Source: Candidatus Poseidoniales archaeon (lineage in GTDB: Archaea > Thermoplasmatota > Poseidoniia > Poseidoniales > Thalassarchaeaceae). Taken from it: a stretch of DNA of 64,000 bases. The notes under the pieces were generated by a model. It was not told the DNA's origin, ran no database searches, and saw only the letters and a program-made list of their open reading frames with translations. The stretch is from contig QQSB01000005.1 of assembly GCA_003602515.1 (NCBI GenBank), positions 88,247 to 152,246 of the forward strand. The letters run 5' to 3'. This document shows, one piece after another, positions 29,786 through 39,312 of the stretch. The translations under genes were made by a program, and so were the position numbers. Positions within the stretch are counted from its first letter, which is position 1. Each line of letters opens with the position of its first letter.

Positions 29786-31342
29786 ATGTCTGAATGGTCG
29801 CGGAGTTTTGGGAAGCCAACTTCCACAATTTTCGTAGTGGGGATGATTGTCATGGGAGCAGCGGGAGGTGGGTTTCTGTTCAGAGACGATCTAGCGAAAT
29901 GGGTCACAGGAGAGCAGGAATACGAGTTAATTGACTTCGACTCAAACCAGACTAGAGCATATGCCCAAGGGCTAGTGGACTTAGGAGACCCAGACTGGGG
30001 GGGTAGGCTCTCAGGAACTGTAGAAGAGGAGAATGCTGCACAATCGATCAAGACCAATTTCTCGAACAGTGGATTGCCCTCCACTCTCGAAGAGTTTGAG
30101 GTTCCACTCTACTACATGGGCAACACATTCGAAATGATGATCTGTATTCCTGGAAATGTTGGAGGTATCTTCGGAGGACCAGCACCTTGCTCTGTTGCAG
30201 ATTTGGACAGGGACGAGGTACAATTCGAACACAGGTCTGATTTCGTAGTACAGGGATACAGCGGGAGTGTTAACATTCCAGCGAGCAGTGATGTACAAGT
30301 GATTGACTTGGCCATGGGTAATGAAACTCAGGATTGGAGTGCGGCCAGTAATGGCATTGGTTTGGTATGGCTATTAGATGGCGATAATGGGCAGCCGGGA
30401 ACCGAGAGCAACACCATCCTGATGAAGCGAGCCCAGGAGAACGGACTGAGGGGTTTGATAGTAGTAAATTCCAGACAAAATTGCGATGAGTTGGTCTCTG
30501 ATGATTGCGTTCCTTATTCCAAATCTCTTGATATTACAGAGTTTGAAGAAAGGCCCTACGACATCGGTTTTGTCATGGTATCAAGGAGCTTAGGCGAGTC
30601 AATCCGCGACGAAGTAGTCAACTCAGAGGGGATGCTAGAATTCCGAATAGAAGTGGATAATCAGAACAATGGTAACGTCCACGTACCTTGCGGGATTATA
30701 GAGGGTGAGACCGAGCAGTTGGTTGTAGTCGGCGCACATCATGATACCGTATACAATGGCCAGGGTGCGGTGGACAATACGGCAGGGACAGCCACTGTTA
30801 TGGAAATGGCTAGACAATTCGGTTTGTTGCAAGAAGAACTGGGAGATCCAGGGTTGACGATCTACTTCTGCACATGGGGCGGGGAAGAGGAAGGCCTCTG
30901 GGGATCCTCGGAGTGGGTCATCAAGCATAGGGAAATGCTAGAGGATAACCTCAGACTCTACATCAACCTGGATATGAATCACGTAGATGCAGAGAGGAAC
31001 TCCGGGGTGACTCTGCAGGGAAACAGTGCGACGGATGTGAAACACATCGAGGGTTTGGTTGTCGAGTTTGCTAATTCGTATCCCGAACTGTACGAGAAAT
31101 ACAGTATTATCGTCAGGGAGCTTGACTCGGATCAGATGCCGGACAACTCTGATCATGCGCCATTCGTCTTTGGAATTCACCAGGAAGAAGCAGATGAGTT
31201 TGGCTTGGCGATGATTTGCTACGGCTCCGGTTCGTCAGAATACCACACTTACTTGGATAACATGGACAGATTCAACGAAGAGAGCCTATCTGTTTCGGGG
31301 ATCATCTATGGCTCCCTAATTCGTCACCTAGCATGGGGCTAA
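29786..31342 (+). CDS. Membrane-anchored M28-family aminopeptidase with a PA domain
   Basis: The N-terminal TM is [18 protein letters not shown]. The metal and active-site motifs are [27 protein letters not shown] and [11 protein letters not shown]. Confidence 0.8.
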   Translation: MSEWSRSFGKPTSTIFVVGMIVMGAAGGGFLFRDDLAKWVTGEQEYELIDFDSNQTRAYAQGLVDLGDPDWGGRLSGTVEEENAAQSIKTNFSNSGLPSTLEEFEVPLYYMGNTFEMMICIPGNVGGIFGGPAPCSVADLDRDEVQFEHRSDFVVQGYSGSVNIPASSDVQVIDLAMGNETQDWSAASNGIGLVWLLDGDNGQPGTESNTILMKRAQENGLRGLIVVNSRQNCDELVSDDCVPYSKSLDITEFEERPYDIGFVMVSRSLGESIRDEVVNSEGMLEFRIEVDNQNNGNVHVPCGIIEGETEQLVVVGAHHDTVYNGQGAVDNTAGTATVMEMARQFGLLQEELGDPGLTIYFCTWGGEEEGLWGSSEWVIKHREMLEDNLRLYINLDMNHVDAERNSGVTLQGNSATDVKHIEGLVVEFANSYPELYEKYSIIVRELDSDQMPDNSDHAPFVFGIHQEEADEFGLAMICYGSGSSEYHTYLDNMDRFNEESLSVSGIIYGSLIRHLAWG

Positions 31343-31803
31343 GTAGCACAGAAAGAGGTTATTTCGTCATAGTCTGGCTCGATACCAGGATTTTCTGCGA
31401 CCCAGCGATACTGGACCGTCCCCTCGATTCCAATTATGACGACGACGCGGTTAGCGCTGACATAACCATCTAGGCCACCGAGTCCGACAAATTTAGCATC
31501 GTATAATTCGACTACATCTCTGTCGAGATCTGAAAGTAATTCGAATTCTAAGTTGTATCTTCTGGCGAACTCTGCATTTGCCCATGGGGAGTCGACGCTT
31601 ATCCCGAATACAGTCGCATTGCAATCATTTAGATTGGCGAGTTTTTCTTGAAAAGAGCACATCTCTTTGTCACAGACGCCAGTAAATGCCCCTGGATAGA
31701 ATGCTAAAATCACAGTCTTTCCCTGGTAGTCCGATAGTGTTACTGCTTCTTTTATGGTGTTCTTCAATGTAAAATCAGGGGCCTTGTCGCCTACTTTAAC
31801 CAT
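31339..31803 (-). CDS. Peroxiredoxin (AhpC/TSA, Bcp/PrxQ-like)
   Basis: The active-site context is [15 protein letters not shown]. Confidence 0.8.
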   Translation of the reverse strand: MVKVGDKAPDFTLKNTIKEAVTLSDYQGKTVILAFYPGAFTGVCDKEMCSFQEKLANLNDCNATVFGISVDSPWANAEFARRYNLEFELLSDLDRDVVELYDAKFVGLGGLDGYVSANRVVVIIGIEGTVQYRWVAENPGIEPDYDEITSFCAT

Positions 31804-31821
31804 GGTTACTGCGAAGGGTTA

Positions 31822-31836
31822 CATATTTTGAATATG
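31822..31836 (-). promoter_or_regulatory. Perfect inverted repeat overlapping an A/T-rich TATA-like element upstream of the peroxiredoxin gene
   Basis: CATATT TTG AATATG lies 19-33 nt upstream of the ATG at 31803. Confidence 0.35.
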
Positions 31837-31843
31837 CCTAGAT

Positions 31844-33583
31844 TCACATTCTCTCTGGGACATCGATCCCCATGATGCCCAATCCAAGTTGGAGCTCTCT
31901 AGCAGTAAGATCACACAATGCAAGACGTCTTGTGGACAGCATGGCATTCTCCTCCTTCAAGATACTACAGTTTTCGTAAAAGGATGCAAATGATGATGCT
32001 ACCGAATGAAGGTGTTTGCAAAGTTTATGCGGACTAAAGGTGGTGATGGATTCATCCACAATAGTTGGGAACTCTACGAGTCTACGGGAAAGAGTCAATT
32101 CTTCGTTGCTTAGGATGCTGAGTTCGTCTTTCAGTAAAGACTCAAAATTATCCCTAAGCGAGTCCCTTTCCCCGCCCCACTTTCTGAATATGCTACATAT
32201 CCTAGCATATGCGTATTGGAGGTATGGGGCCGTATTGCCCTCGAAGGATAGCATCCTCTCCCAATCGAATACGTAATCCTTCGTCCTTTCAGTAGAAAGG
32301 TCTGCATACTTGACTGCACCAATGCCCACAGTTCTAGCGACCTTCTTTCTCTCTTCGCCGACTAGATCGGGGTTCTTCTGATTAATCGCATCCTCTGCCC
32401 TCCTTATGGCCTCTTCAAGTAAATCATGCAACTTGATTACCTCGCCTTCTCGGCTCTTGAGAACCTTCCCATCAGTATCCAGAACCGAGCCGAAGTTGAC
32501 ATGAGTGACTTGGTGATCTTCATCCATGAACCCGGCTTGGATAGCTACCTGGAAGACCATCTCGAAATGCTGCTTCTGAGGAGTCCCTACAACATACAGA
32601 AATCCATCGCAACCCATCCTTTCTACCCTGTCTATAATGCATGCCAGATCTGAAGTGCTGTAGTTGTAGCCACCATCAGCCTTCCTGATAATCATCGGAA
32701 GCGGGTCTCCTTCGCGATTGACCCATCCGCCCGGAAATACAACGTCTGCACCCTCACTCTGCTCCAGAATTCCGACCTCATTGAGGCGTTCAACGACCTT
32801 TGGAAGCAAGTCCCGATAGCTAGACTCACCCCTGATGTCTTCATCGGTAAGTAGGACTCCGAGCATTGAGTAAACCTCGTTGAAGTATCTCATTGACTCA
32901 TCGACTAGTACTCTCCAGAGCCGTAGTGTCTCCGAATCTCCCCCTTGGAGAAGAACGACCCTTCTTCTCGAGCGGTCGGCAAATTCATCATCAGATACGA
33001 ATTTCGCTCTAGCCTGTTTGTAGAAAGAATCCAGATCCCCCACTCCCAACTCATTTGCCGCCTGATCCTCACCGAGATCTAGAAGATGCTCGATTAACAT
33101 CCCAAATGGAGTGCCCCAGTCTCCTACGTGATTCTCTCGAATCGCCCGATGCCCCTTGAATTCGAGCATTCTGACAATTGAATCTCCTATCACCGTTGAT
33201 CTTAGGTGACCAACGTGCATCTCCTTGGCTACATTTGGAGCGGAATAGTCGACGGCAAATGTAAGTGGCTTTTCGGACTCGATGCCTAATCTTGGATCAG
33301 AAAGGAGTAGCGAAAGTGATTTTGAAAGCCATTCTGGTTTTGCACTAATGTTGACGAAACCACTAATTGATGATACAGTTGCTATCGGGGCTAAATCTTC
33401 TTCGACTAGTAAACAAATCTGCTCTGCTATATCCTGAGGGGATTTTCTCAACCTACTAGCAAGAGAATGACAGGGGAGGGCGACGTCGCCATGATCCTGG
33501 ACGGTTGCTTTTCCGATTAGTGGAAGCCAAACTGAATCATCCACCTCCAGCGATTTCATGGCTTTGGAGAAGGTTGGGGCCAT
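31844..33583 (-). CDS. argS: Arginyl-tRNA synthetase
   Basis: YSAPNVAKEMHVGHLRSTVIGD is the HIGH variant. The C-terminal DALR anticodon-binding features are present. Confidence 0.92.
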   Translation of the reverse strand: MAPTFSKAMKSLEVDDSVWLPLIGKATVQDHGDVALPCHSLASRLRKSPQDIAEQICLLVEEDLAPIATVSSISGFVNISAKPEWLSKSLSLLLSDPRLGIESEKPLTFAVDYSAPNVAKEMHVGHLRSTVIGDSIVRMLEFKGHRAIRENHVGDWGTPFGMLIEHLLDLGEDQAANELGVGDLDSFYKQARAKFVSDDEFADRSRRRVVLLQGGDSETLRLWRVLVDESMRYFNEVYSMLGVLLTDEDIRGESSYRDLLPKVVERLNEVGILEQSEGADVVFPGGWVNREGDPLPMIIRKADGGYNYSTSDLACIIDRVERMGCDGFLYVVGTPQKQHFEMVFQVAIQAGFMDEDHQVTHVNFGSVLDTDGKVLKSREGEVIKLHDLLEEAIRRAEDAINQKNPDLVGEERKKVARTVGIGAVKYADLSTERTKDYVFDWERMLSFEGNTAPYLQYAYARICSIFRKWGGERDSLRDNFESLLKDELSILSNEELTLSRRLVEFPTIVDESITTFSPHKLCKHLHSVASSFASFYENCSILKEENAMLSTRRLALCDLTARELQLGLGIMGIDVPERM

Positions 33584-33614
33584 CTCATTAATCAGATCTC
33601 TAATTCAAATCACC

Positions 33615-34862
33615 TCACGAAATAGGGTACCTCAATAGTGCGGCGATTCCGCCGAAGGCCGTATTGAGAGTCGAGCCCTCCTCGGTATCCAGTGAGATTA
33701 GTCGAACCTTTGCGGAAGTGTGTCCAGCCAATATTGTTAGTTCGTCAATGAGATCCATTGAATTATCCTCATCCTCGACGACCTTATCTGATTTGCACTC
33801 AGGGCAAGATGGGTGGGCATTGGACTTTTCATGAGTCCTTACCCACTCGCTCTTGCAAGCCTTACAGAACCATGTGACTCTCCTCTTTGTTAATTCCTCT
33901 GAGAGTAGGAGGGTCGAAACGGCACCTTGGTCCAATGCGGAACGAATCATCATCTCCCCATAAGTTGCCTTTGGGTTTGACTTCATCACCTCCTGCAAGA
34001 ATTCATCGACGATTCTTCGTTCGACATCCAACTCTATCTGGTCCATTGTAGATCCAGCACGTTGAATCAACTCCCTTAGGCCACTTTCGTTGGAATAGCC
34101 AACATCAAAGAAAGGTTCTGCGATGAGTTTCTTTATTTCGTGATGGAAGTAGTCATTCTTCACGACGAAGTCCTTTGTCGCCCCTGGTCCACCAATGATC
34201 ACCCCCTTCAAATCCTGAACCATGGGGAGCCAGTAGTTTGAGGCTCTTTCTGCAGCTTTCTTGAAGAAATTATGAGCCGCCTCCTCAATCAACCTCTCGA
34301 ATCTTTGTGCTGATTGCCCGCCCCTGCCATGCTTAGAAGGAACAAGAGAAGTGATGTGCTCCTGGCAATGGAGTCTTTTTCCTGAAGCCAATCCATAAGC
34401 TGCCTCGGACCTATCGATAACAAAAAGGGCATACGAAGTTCGATCAATTAGCATCTCTTCCAACTGGCTGATTTCGAAGGTTGAGTCACACCTGTATCTG
34501 AATGACGGGAATGGCTCTGGGGGGTCGTCAATTACTGTCGACATCAGTCTAGTCTTGTTATTTCCAACTATGACGTGACCTACGAAAATCGCGATTCCAC
34601 CCACTCCGGGAGTCTTGTAACGATTTATTGTAGAAATTGCTGATTCTATGGCGTCAGTAACATGCTTCTTCGTAGATTTGGACTTGATGTTGGCTGCCTG
34701 TCCAGCCTCATTTCCAAGGTGTTGCCTAACATCGCTAATCATCCTGTCAGGTGGGATAATGACAGTAACCAACTCAGTCCCCATACCCTTCATTCCGGAG
34801 AGTTCTGCCAGTGACTTCTTGAGTCGGAGCCTACGCTGCTGCTGGGCTATCTCGTCAGACAT
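33615..34862 (-). CDS. prf1: Peptide chain release factor aRF1
   Basis: The NIKS motif (AANIKSKS) and the GGQ motif (HGRGGQSAQRF) are present. A C-terminal zinc-ribbon-like insert reads CKAC...CPEC. Confidence 0.93.
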   Translation of the reverse strand: MSDEIAQQQRRLRLKKSLAELSGMKGMGTELVTVIIPPDRMISDVRQHLGNEAGQAANIKSKSTKKHVTDAIESAISTINRYKTPGVGGIAIFVGHVIVGNNKTRLMSTVIDDPPEPFPSFRYRCDSTFEISQLEEMLIDRTSYALFVIDRSEAAYGLASGKRLHCQEHITSLVPSKHGRGGQSAQRFERLIEEAAHNFFKKAAERASNYWLPMVQDLKGVIIGGPGATKDFVVKNDYFHHEIKKLIAEPFFDVGYSNESGLRELIQRAGSTMDQIELDVERRIVDEFLQEVMKSNPKATYGEMMIRSALDQGAVSTLLLSEELTKRRVTWFCKACKSEWVRTHEKSNAHPSCPECKSDKVVEDEDNSMDLIDELTILAGHTSAKVRLISLDTEEGSTLNTAFGGIAALLRYPIS

Positions 34863-34958
34863 GCTACTCCTCCGTGAATTGCCATGATAGGCGGCATTTC
34901 AACCCTTCAGCGCCAGTAGAGCATACGTATTGAAAGGCAAGGGGCCAACCTATGGTCG

Positions 34959-35660
34959 ATGGCGACGGTTGTTGTTGCGCTCGGCGGGAGCTTACTTAGG
35001 CCAGAAGTCGATGAGAGGCATAACTGGTTACAGAGCTTGGTAGAAGTAATTGTGGCAAGTGTAGAATCTGGGTCAAAGATTGCCTTGGTTGTTGGAGGTG
35101 GTGCTCCTGCGAGAGAGGGCATAGAATTAGCCAAGCCATTTATTCAAGATGTGGCTCACTTGGACCGGATAGGAATTGCTGCTACTAGACTAAACGCAAC
35201 CATTGTCAGAGAGGCTCTCGCAGAAGGTGGTTTGGCCGTATCAAGGAAAATTCCAGAAAGCATAGCAGGAGCGAGTCTAGAATTAGAAAATTATGATGTC
35301 GTAGTAATGGGGGGAACTGAGCCGGGGCACACTACCGATGCGGTGGCGATTAGATTGGCGATTCAAAGCGGGGCTGAGAAGTGCGTCATTGCGACTAATG
35401 TCTCTCGTGTCTATTCTCAAGATCCCAGAACTAATCCTGAAGCAGAAGCATTCGACGGTCTTACACTAGGTGAATTGCAAGAGATAGTGGGGCCGCCGGA
35501 ACATGCGGAGGCTGGGACATCCCAGGTCGTTGACCCGATTGGCGTAGGAGAGGCATTTGACCATGGCATGCCTTTGGATGTGCTTGACGGCAGAGACACT
35601 CGAATAATCAAGAAATCACTGGATGGAGAAGATTTCGAAGGGACGAGGGTGAGGGTCTAA
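34959..35660 (+). CDS. pyrH: Uridylate (UMP) kinase, archaeal type
   Basis: VVALGGSLL, VVGGGAPAR and GHTTDAVA are present. Its length of about 230 aa fits the archaeal type. Confidence 0.85.
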   Translation: MATVVVALGGSLLRPEVDERHNWLQSLVEVIVASVESGSKIALVVGGGAPAREGIELAKPFIQDVAHLDRIGIAATRLNATIVREALAEGGLAVSRKIPESIAGASLELENYDVVVMGGTEPGHTTDAVAIRLAIQSGAEKCVIATNVSRVYSQDPRTNPEAEAFDGLTLGELQEIVGPPEHAEAGTSQVVDPIGVGEAFDHGMPLDVLDGRDTRIIKKSLDGEDFEGTRVRV

Positions 35661-35968
35661 TGACTAGTAGGAAAGATACCATCCTTAAGGCGGCAAAGAG
35701 GACTGCGAAGCAGGCCCACGCAGCAGCATCGAAGAGGGGCAGCAAGTCACGATCGAGAGTTGGAGTGGAGCCGCACAGACATTGTTCCGTTTGCTGGAAG
35801 CCCATCTCATTGGAAAGCGAGCCTTCGATTTGTGGTGACGAGAATTGCCAGGAAATGTTTGAACGCCGTGAGAAATCAAGAAAGAGATTCAGCTTCTTGA
35901 TGTACTTCGGAATTGCAATCTTCGTTGGATTACTTGCATTACAAATCTTCATGGGAGCGTCAGGTTAA
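35660..35968 (+). CDS. DUF2116-like zinc-ribbon protein with a C-terminal TM helix
   Basis: The zinc-ribbon cysteines are HCSVCWKPI...ICGDENCQ. The C-terminal helix is FLMYFGIAIFVGLLALQIF. The start overlaps the pyrH stop (TAATG). Confidence 0.6.
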   Translation: MTSRKDTILKAAKRTAKQAHAAASKRGSKSRSRVGVEPHRHCSVCWKPISLESEPSICGDENCQEMFERREKSRKRFSFLMYFGIAIFVGLLALQIFMGASG

Positions 35969-35995
35969 ATCACTTCGAACCGAGAGGAATGTTAA

Positions 35996-36580
35996 ATGAT
36001 GGTCAGGATCCTTTCCGTTCTTCCGATGTTGATTGGATTGCTTTGTGCATTTATTCTCGTTCTGAGCCTGATCGGATACCAAACACCAGCAACAGGAAAC
36101 CAGGTTCCGATTGTCCCCTGTTCTGCTGATGATTCGGGCTGCAACGTAGGGATGACAGTTGAGGATATGAACGTACCAAGGGCATTCGGTCTATTGGAAA
36201 TAACTCTGGATGTTGAGTGGAAGGAGCCGGAAAGGGGGTGGTTGGGAGTAGTGGATTCATCTGCGGCGAAAGAGTGCCCCCCGGATAGTTCGACTGGCCT
36301 CACTATGTGCACAGAGGATGATATTGAAGAGTTCCTAGTTGCAGGCGGACCAGATAATGATGGTTCCATGAGTTTCAGCGTCAAGCCTGGTTCCTATCGC
36401 TTCGTTACTGCTGGTTATGAGGGGGCTGGTCTTGATTCCCAGTTGGTGGAGATGTCCTCGAGCATACACTTGGACAATTTTGTTGAGATAATCCTCGCTG
36501 GTACTTCTGGACTACTAATAATCGGGGCCGGAGAGATGGCCTTTCCAATTCGTAACCTTCTGAAGCGAATCCGCGGATAG
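35996..36580 (+). CDS. Hypothetical membrane protein (N- and C-terminal TM helices, exoplasmic middle)
   Basis: The hydrophobic segments are VLPMLIGLLCAFILVLSLIG and IILAGTSGLLIIGAG. I recognise no motif. Confidence 0.5.
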   Translation: MMVRILSVLPMLIGLLCAFILVLSLIGYQTPATGNQVPIVPCSADDSGCNVGMTVEDMNVPRAFGLLEITLDVEWKEPERGWLGVVDSSAAKECPPDSSTGLTMCTEDDIEEFLVAGGPDNDGSMSFSVKPGSYRFVTAGYEGAGLDSQLVEMSSSIHLDNFVEIILAGTSGLLIIGAGEMAFPIRNLLKRIRG

Positions 36581-36631
36581 AGGTGAGTTTTCCTCAGTAT
36601 CGTTGAATAACCAATCCGTATTGGACATGGC

Positions 36632-36748
36632 ATGCGCGTGACAAAATGCCCTAACTGCGGCTCTGAGATTGATGTCTCGGGACTTTCTGAGTCGTATGGC
36701 GGTCACAAATTCTTCTGTGTAGTATGCGGCCATTCATGGCACGTATGA
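36632..36748 (+). CDS. Unlisted 38-aa zinc-ribbon small protein
   Basis: My own translation is MRVTKCPNCGSEIDVSGLSESYGGHKFFCVVCGHSWHV*. Two CxxC pairs are 19 residues apart. It lies below the 60-aa cut-off of the ORF track and fills an otherwise empty gap. Confidence 0.45.
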   Translation: MRVTKCPNCGSEIDVSGLSESYGGHKFFCVVCGHSWHV

Positions 36749-36761
36749 TCATAGGGCGTAT

Positions 36762-37871
36762 CTAGTTCTCATCCTGACGAGGCCAATGATCGGGGAGCGT
36801 CAGCGGATCCTCCACCCTGTCGGCGTCAATTATTTCGATTAGGTCTGCCCTTAGCCCCTCTAATCCTTCTCCCGTAATTGAGCTGATTCTGTGATCATCC
36901 TGAGAATCATTTTCCTCGATGAGGTCAGACTTTGTCGAGACGAGGAGGACTCTTCTATCGGGCAGCAACCCCTTCACCTCTCCTAGAAGATGCTCTTGCT
37001 CAGAAACCGGAGTTGTCGAATCATCGGTCCGATCGATCAGGAACAATAGTACGTCCCCCAGATGCTCCAGAGCGGCAATCGCCTGCATCTCGATCTGATT
37101 TCTCTCAGTCATTGGCCTATCTAGAAGACCGGGGGTATCCACCATCTGGTACACCCTTCGTCGATGCGTGAAGTGGCCAAGATGTATTTGCTTGGTTGTA
37201 AATGGGTAAGATGCGACTTGGGGCTCCCCACTCGAAAGCGCACCAATTAATGCGGATTTTCCGACATTGGGCGAACCTGCCACGACAATGCAGGGTTCGA
37301 ACGGGTCAGTGGAGGGAAGTTTTCGAAGAACATCACGAGCATCTCCCAACCACAATATCTGAGGTGAAATCTGATCAATAATTGAGGATAATCGCCCATA
37401 TGCATGCCTCCTAGCCTTATGGAATCCGTCAATATCCCTAAGCCTGAGGATCTTTGACTGCGCCTCTCCGGAAATCCTCTGTGACCTCTCTGCGGCCCAT
37501 TGCAATGCTGCTAGGTTCTTTTTGTAATCATCACACCCAACTGCCGCGTCCACTAGCGCCTGGTCGAACTCAGATAACGCGTTTAGGCTAGGCCATCTGC
37601 CAACATACGAGTTTAGGGTCTTTGTAGCGACGTCGCAAGCAGCTTGCACCATCCGACTCATCTGCTTCCTGACTCGATGATACTTGTCCGGATCCTCAAC
37701 TAAATCCGCCTGACTGCTCGCCCTTCCGAAAGCCTTGTCAAGAATCTCCTGAGGATAAAGTACGGTCGGAATCGACCGCCATTCAACCGATGCCAAGCAA
37801 CTACCTCCGTCGACTCCGCCACGGTATTGCACTTCAATCATTAGTAATATATGGTGCAAATTTAGAGTCAA
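36762..37871 (-). CDS. Nog1-like GTP-binding protein (COG1084)
   Basis: The N-terminal Nog1 motif is IPTVLYPQEILDKAF. G1 is GSPNVGKSAL, G3 is DTPGLLDRP and G4 is TKSD. The start may be ATG 37841. Confidence 0.8.
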   Translation of the reverse strand: MTLNLHHILLMIEVQYRGGVDGGSCLASVEWRSIPTVLYPQEILDKAFGRASSQADLVEDPDKYHRVRKQMSRMVQAACDVATKTLNSYVGRWPSLNALSEFDQALVDAAVGCDDYKKNLAALQWAAERSQRISGEAQSKILRLRDIDGFHKARRHAYGRLSSIIDQISPQILWLGDARDVLRKLPSTDPFEPCIVVAGSPNVGKSALIGALSSGEPQVASYPFTTKQIHLGHFTHRRRVYQMVDTPGLLDRPMTERNQIEMQAIAALEHLGDVLLFLIDRTDDSTTPVSEQEHLLGEVKGLLPDRRVLLVSTKSDLIEENDSQDDHRISSITGEGLEGLRADLIEIIDADRVEDPLTLPDHWPRQDEN

Positions 37872-37914
37872 TGGCGACCCGCTGGTTTTTCTATGACTGC
37901 CGGAACGAAGGCAT

Positions 37915-38367
37915 ATGTCCGACGCAGCTGGAGGCGGGGAAGGGTCCGAGTTGCCCCCATGGGCTGCTAGTCTCTTCGAGGATTATGGGTCTCCGAGACT
38001 AGATGATCTGGGGGATGTCTTCCACGGCCCACTTCTGGATAGGAAATACGGGCTGAGGAAGGATGACTTGATCGAGATGCTGCTGGACAGAAGGATGCTG
38101 CCTGATGACAGAGACCCATGGGTTCGTGGAATGATGGTTGGAGGCAGGAGTTCTTCGATAGACGTGCTAGATGAGAATGGAGAATTCAGGTCCATTTCTC
38201 GTGACGCGATTGTGGAAGTGAGGCTTGTCACGCATCTGAGGAAAACATACATCGAGGACGAAGAACTGCTAAAATTTGAGAAGGATGACATGAAGAGGAG
38301 ATCTGAAGTCCACGAGATGGCCGAGAAGACCAGTGAGGGGCATGGGAACAACCTTTCTTGGGGGTGA
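37915..38367 (+). CDS. Hypothetical protein
   Basis: It has coding-like composition and diverges from the Nog1 gene. I recognise no motif. Confidence 0.45.
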   Translation: MSDAAGGGEGSELPPWAASLFEDYGSPRLDDLGDVFHGPLLDRKYGLRKDDLIEMLLDRRMLPDDRDPWVRGMMVGGRSSSIDVLDENGEFRSISRDAIVEVRLVTHLRKTYIEDEELLKFEKDDMKRRSEVHEMAEKTSEGHGNNLSWG

Positions 38368-38389
38368 AAAATTGGATAGGCTGTCAGCT

Positions 38390-38704
38390 ATGGACTGTGT
38401 TCCTTGCGAGGGAGGAGTCCCTCCACTCAGTGAAGAAGAATCTACGTCATTCCTAGCCCAGATACATGAAGATTGGGAGTTAGTGGAAAATCACCACATT
38501 ACACGTACATGGGACTTCCCAGACTTTGCATCGGCACTCGAATTTACCAACTCGCTTGGAGCGATATGCGAGGAACAATCGCACCATGCCGACTTCAACC
38601 TCGGATGGGGTAAATTGGTAGCGATAATTTTCACGCACAAAATTGATGCGTTGACCGAATCAGACTTCGTGCTAGCTTCCAAGTTCGATGAAATCGAACG
38701 GTGA
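38390..38704 (+). CDS. phhB: Pterin-4a-carbinolamine dehydratase (PCD/DCoH)
   Basis: The DCoH pattern is W.LVENHHITRTWDFPDFASALEFTNSLGAICEEQSHHADF...IIFTHKIDALTESDF. I set the start at ATG 38390. Confidence 0.8.
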   Translation: MDCVPCEGGVPPLSEEESTSFLAQIHEDWELVENHHITRTWDFPDFASALEFTNSLGAICEEQSHHADFNLGWGKLVAIIFTHKIDALTESDFVLASKFDEIER

Positions 38705-39279
38705 GGGAAATGCCCAAATTCCAGGATTTACTTACCTCAAGGCGCACCATCTACAGATTTCGTGACAAGAGAGTTGCCACGGAAACTCTGGAGTTGGCCT
38801 TTGATGCTGCCAGGAATGCTCCTTGCCATAAGAATACTCATCCTTGGAAATTCTACGTCATGGGCAAGGAAGCACGACAGGAAATAATCCCCGAGGTCAA
38901 AAGACTGGCGAAGAACAAAGTCTCCGATGGGGGGGACGTAGAATTTGGCATTTCCAAGGCAGTGGACAAGATTCTGTCACCCCCAGTTCTAATTTGCGTT
39001 ACTAGCGCTCTGAGTCCACATGATCCCTTTAGGGAAGAGGAGGACTATGCTGCAACGGTATGTGCGACGCACAACCTGGTCCTTTCCTTGTGGGGGAATG
39101 GCATCGGATCCCAGTGGAGCACTGGTGCTATTACTCGTTCGGAGACGTCCTATCGAGCAATCGGTGCTTCTCCTGATGAAGAGCGGATAATTGGTTTCAT
39201 TAAGATTGGCTACCCTTCAGGAGGGATTCCATCTAAGAACAAGAAGGGTCTAGAAGAGATTAGAGAATACATCCAATGA
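38701..39279 (+). CDS. Nitroreductase-family protein
   Basis: SRRTIYRFRDK and NAPCHKNTHPWKF are present. The GTG start overlaps the PCD stop (GTGA). ATG 38710 is the alternative start. Confidence 0.75.
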   Translation: MREMPKFQDLLTSRRTIYRFRDKRVATETLELAFDAARNAPCHKNTHPWKFYVMGKEARQEIIPEVKRLAKNKVSDGGDVEFGISKAVDKILSPPVLICVTSALSPHDPFREEEDYAATVCATHNLVLSLWGNGIGSQWSTGAITRSETSYRAIGASPDEERIIGFIKIGYPSGGIPSKNKKGLEEIREYIQ

Positions 39280-39312
39280 TGATTTGGTTGAAGGTTTAGT
39301 AGGGGCATTTGA

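Noticed and set aside
36415-36733. Minus-strand 72-aa ORFs (36415-36633 and 36515-36733) covering the same region as the 38-aa zinc-ribbon ORF.
   Set aside because: They overlap the 3' end of the 194-aa plus-strand gene and carry no motif. The plus-strand reading gives two well-spaced CxxC pairs and fits the co-directional gene string.
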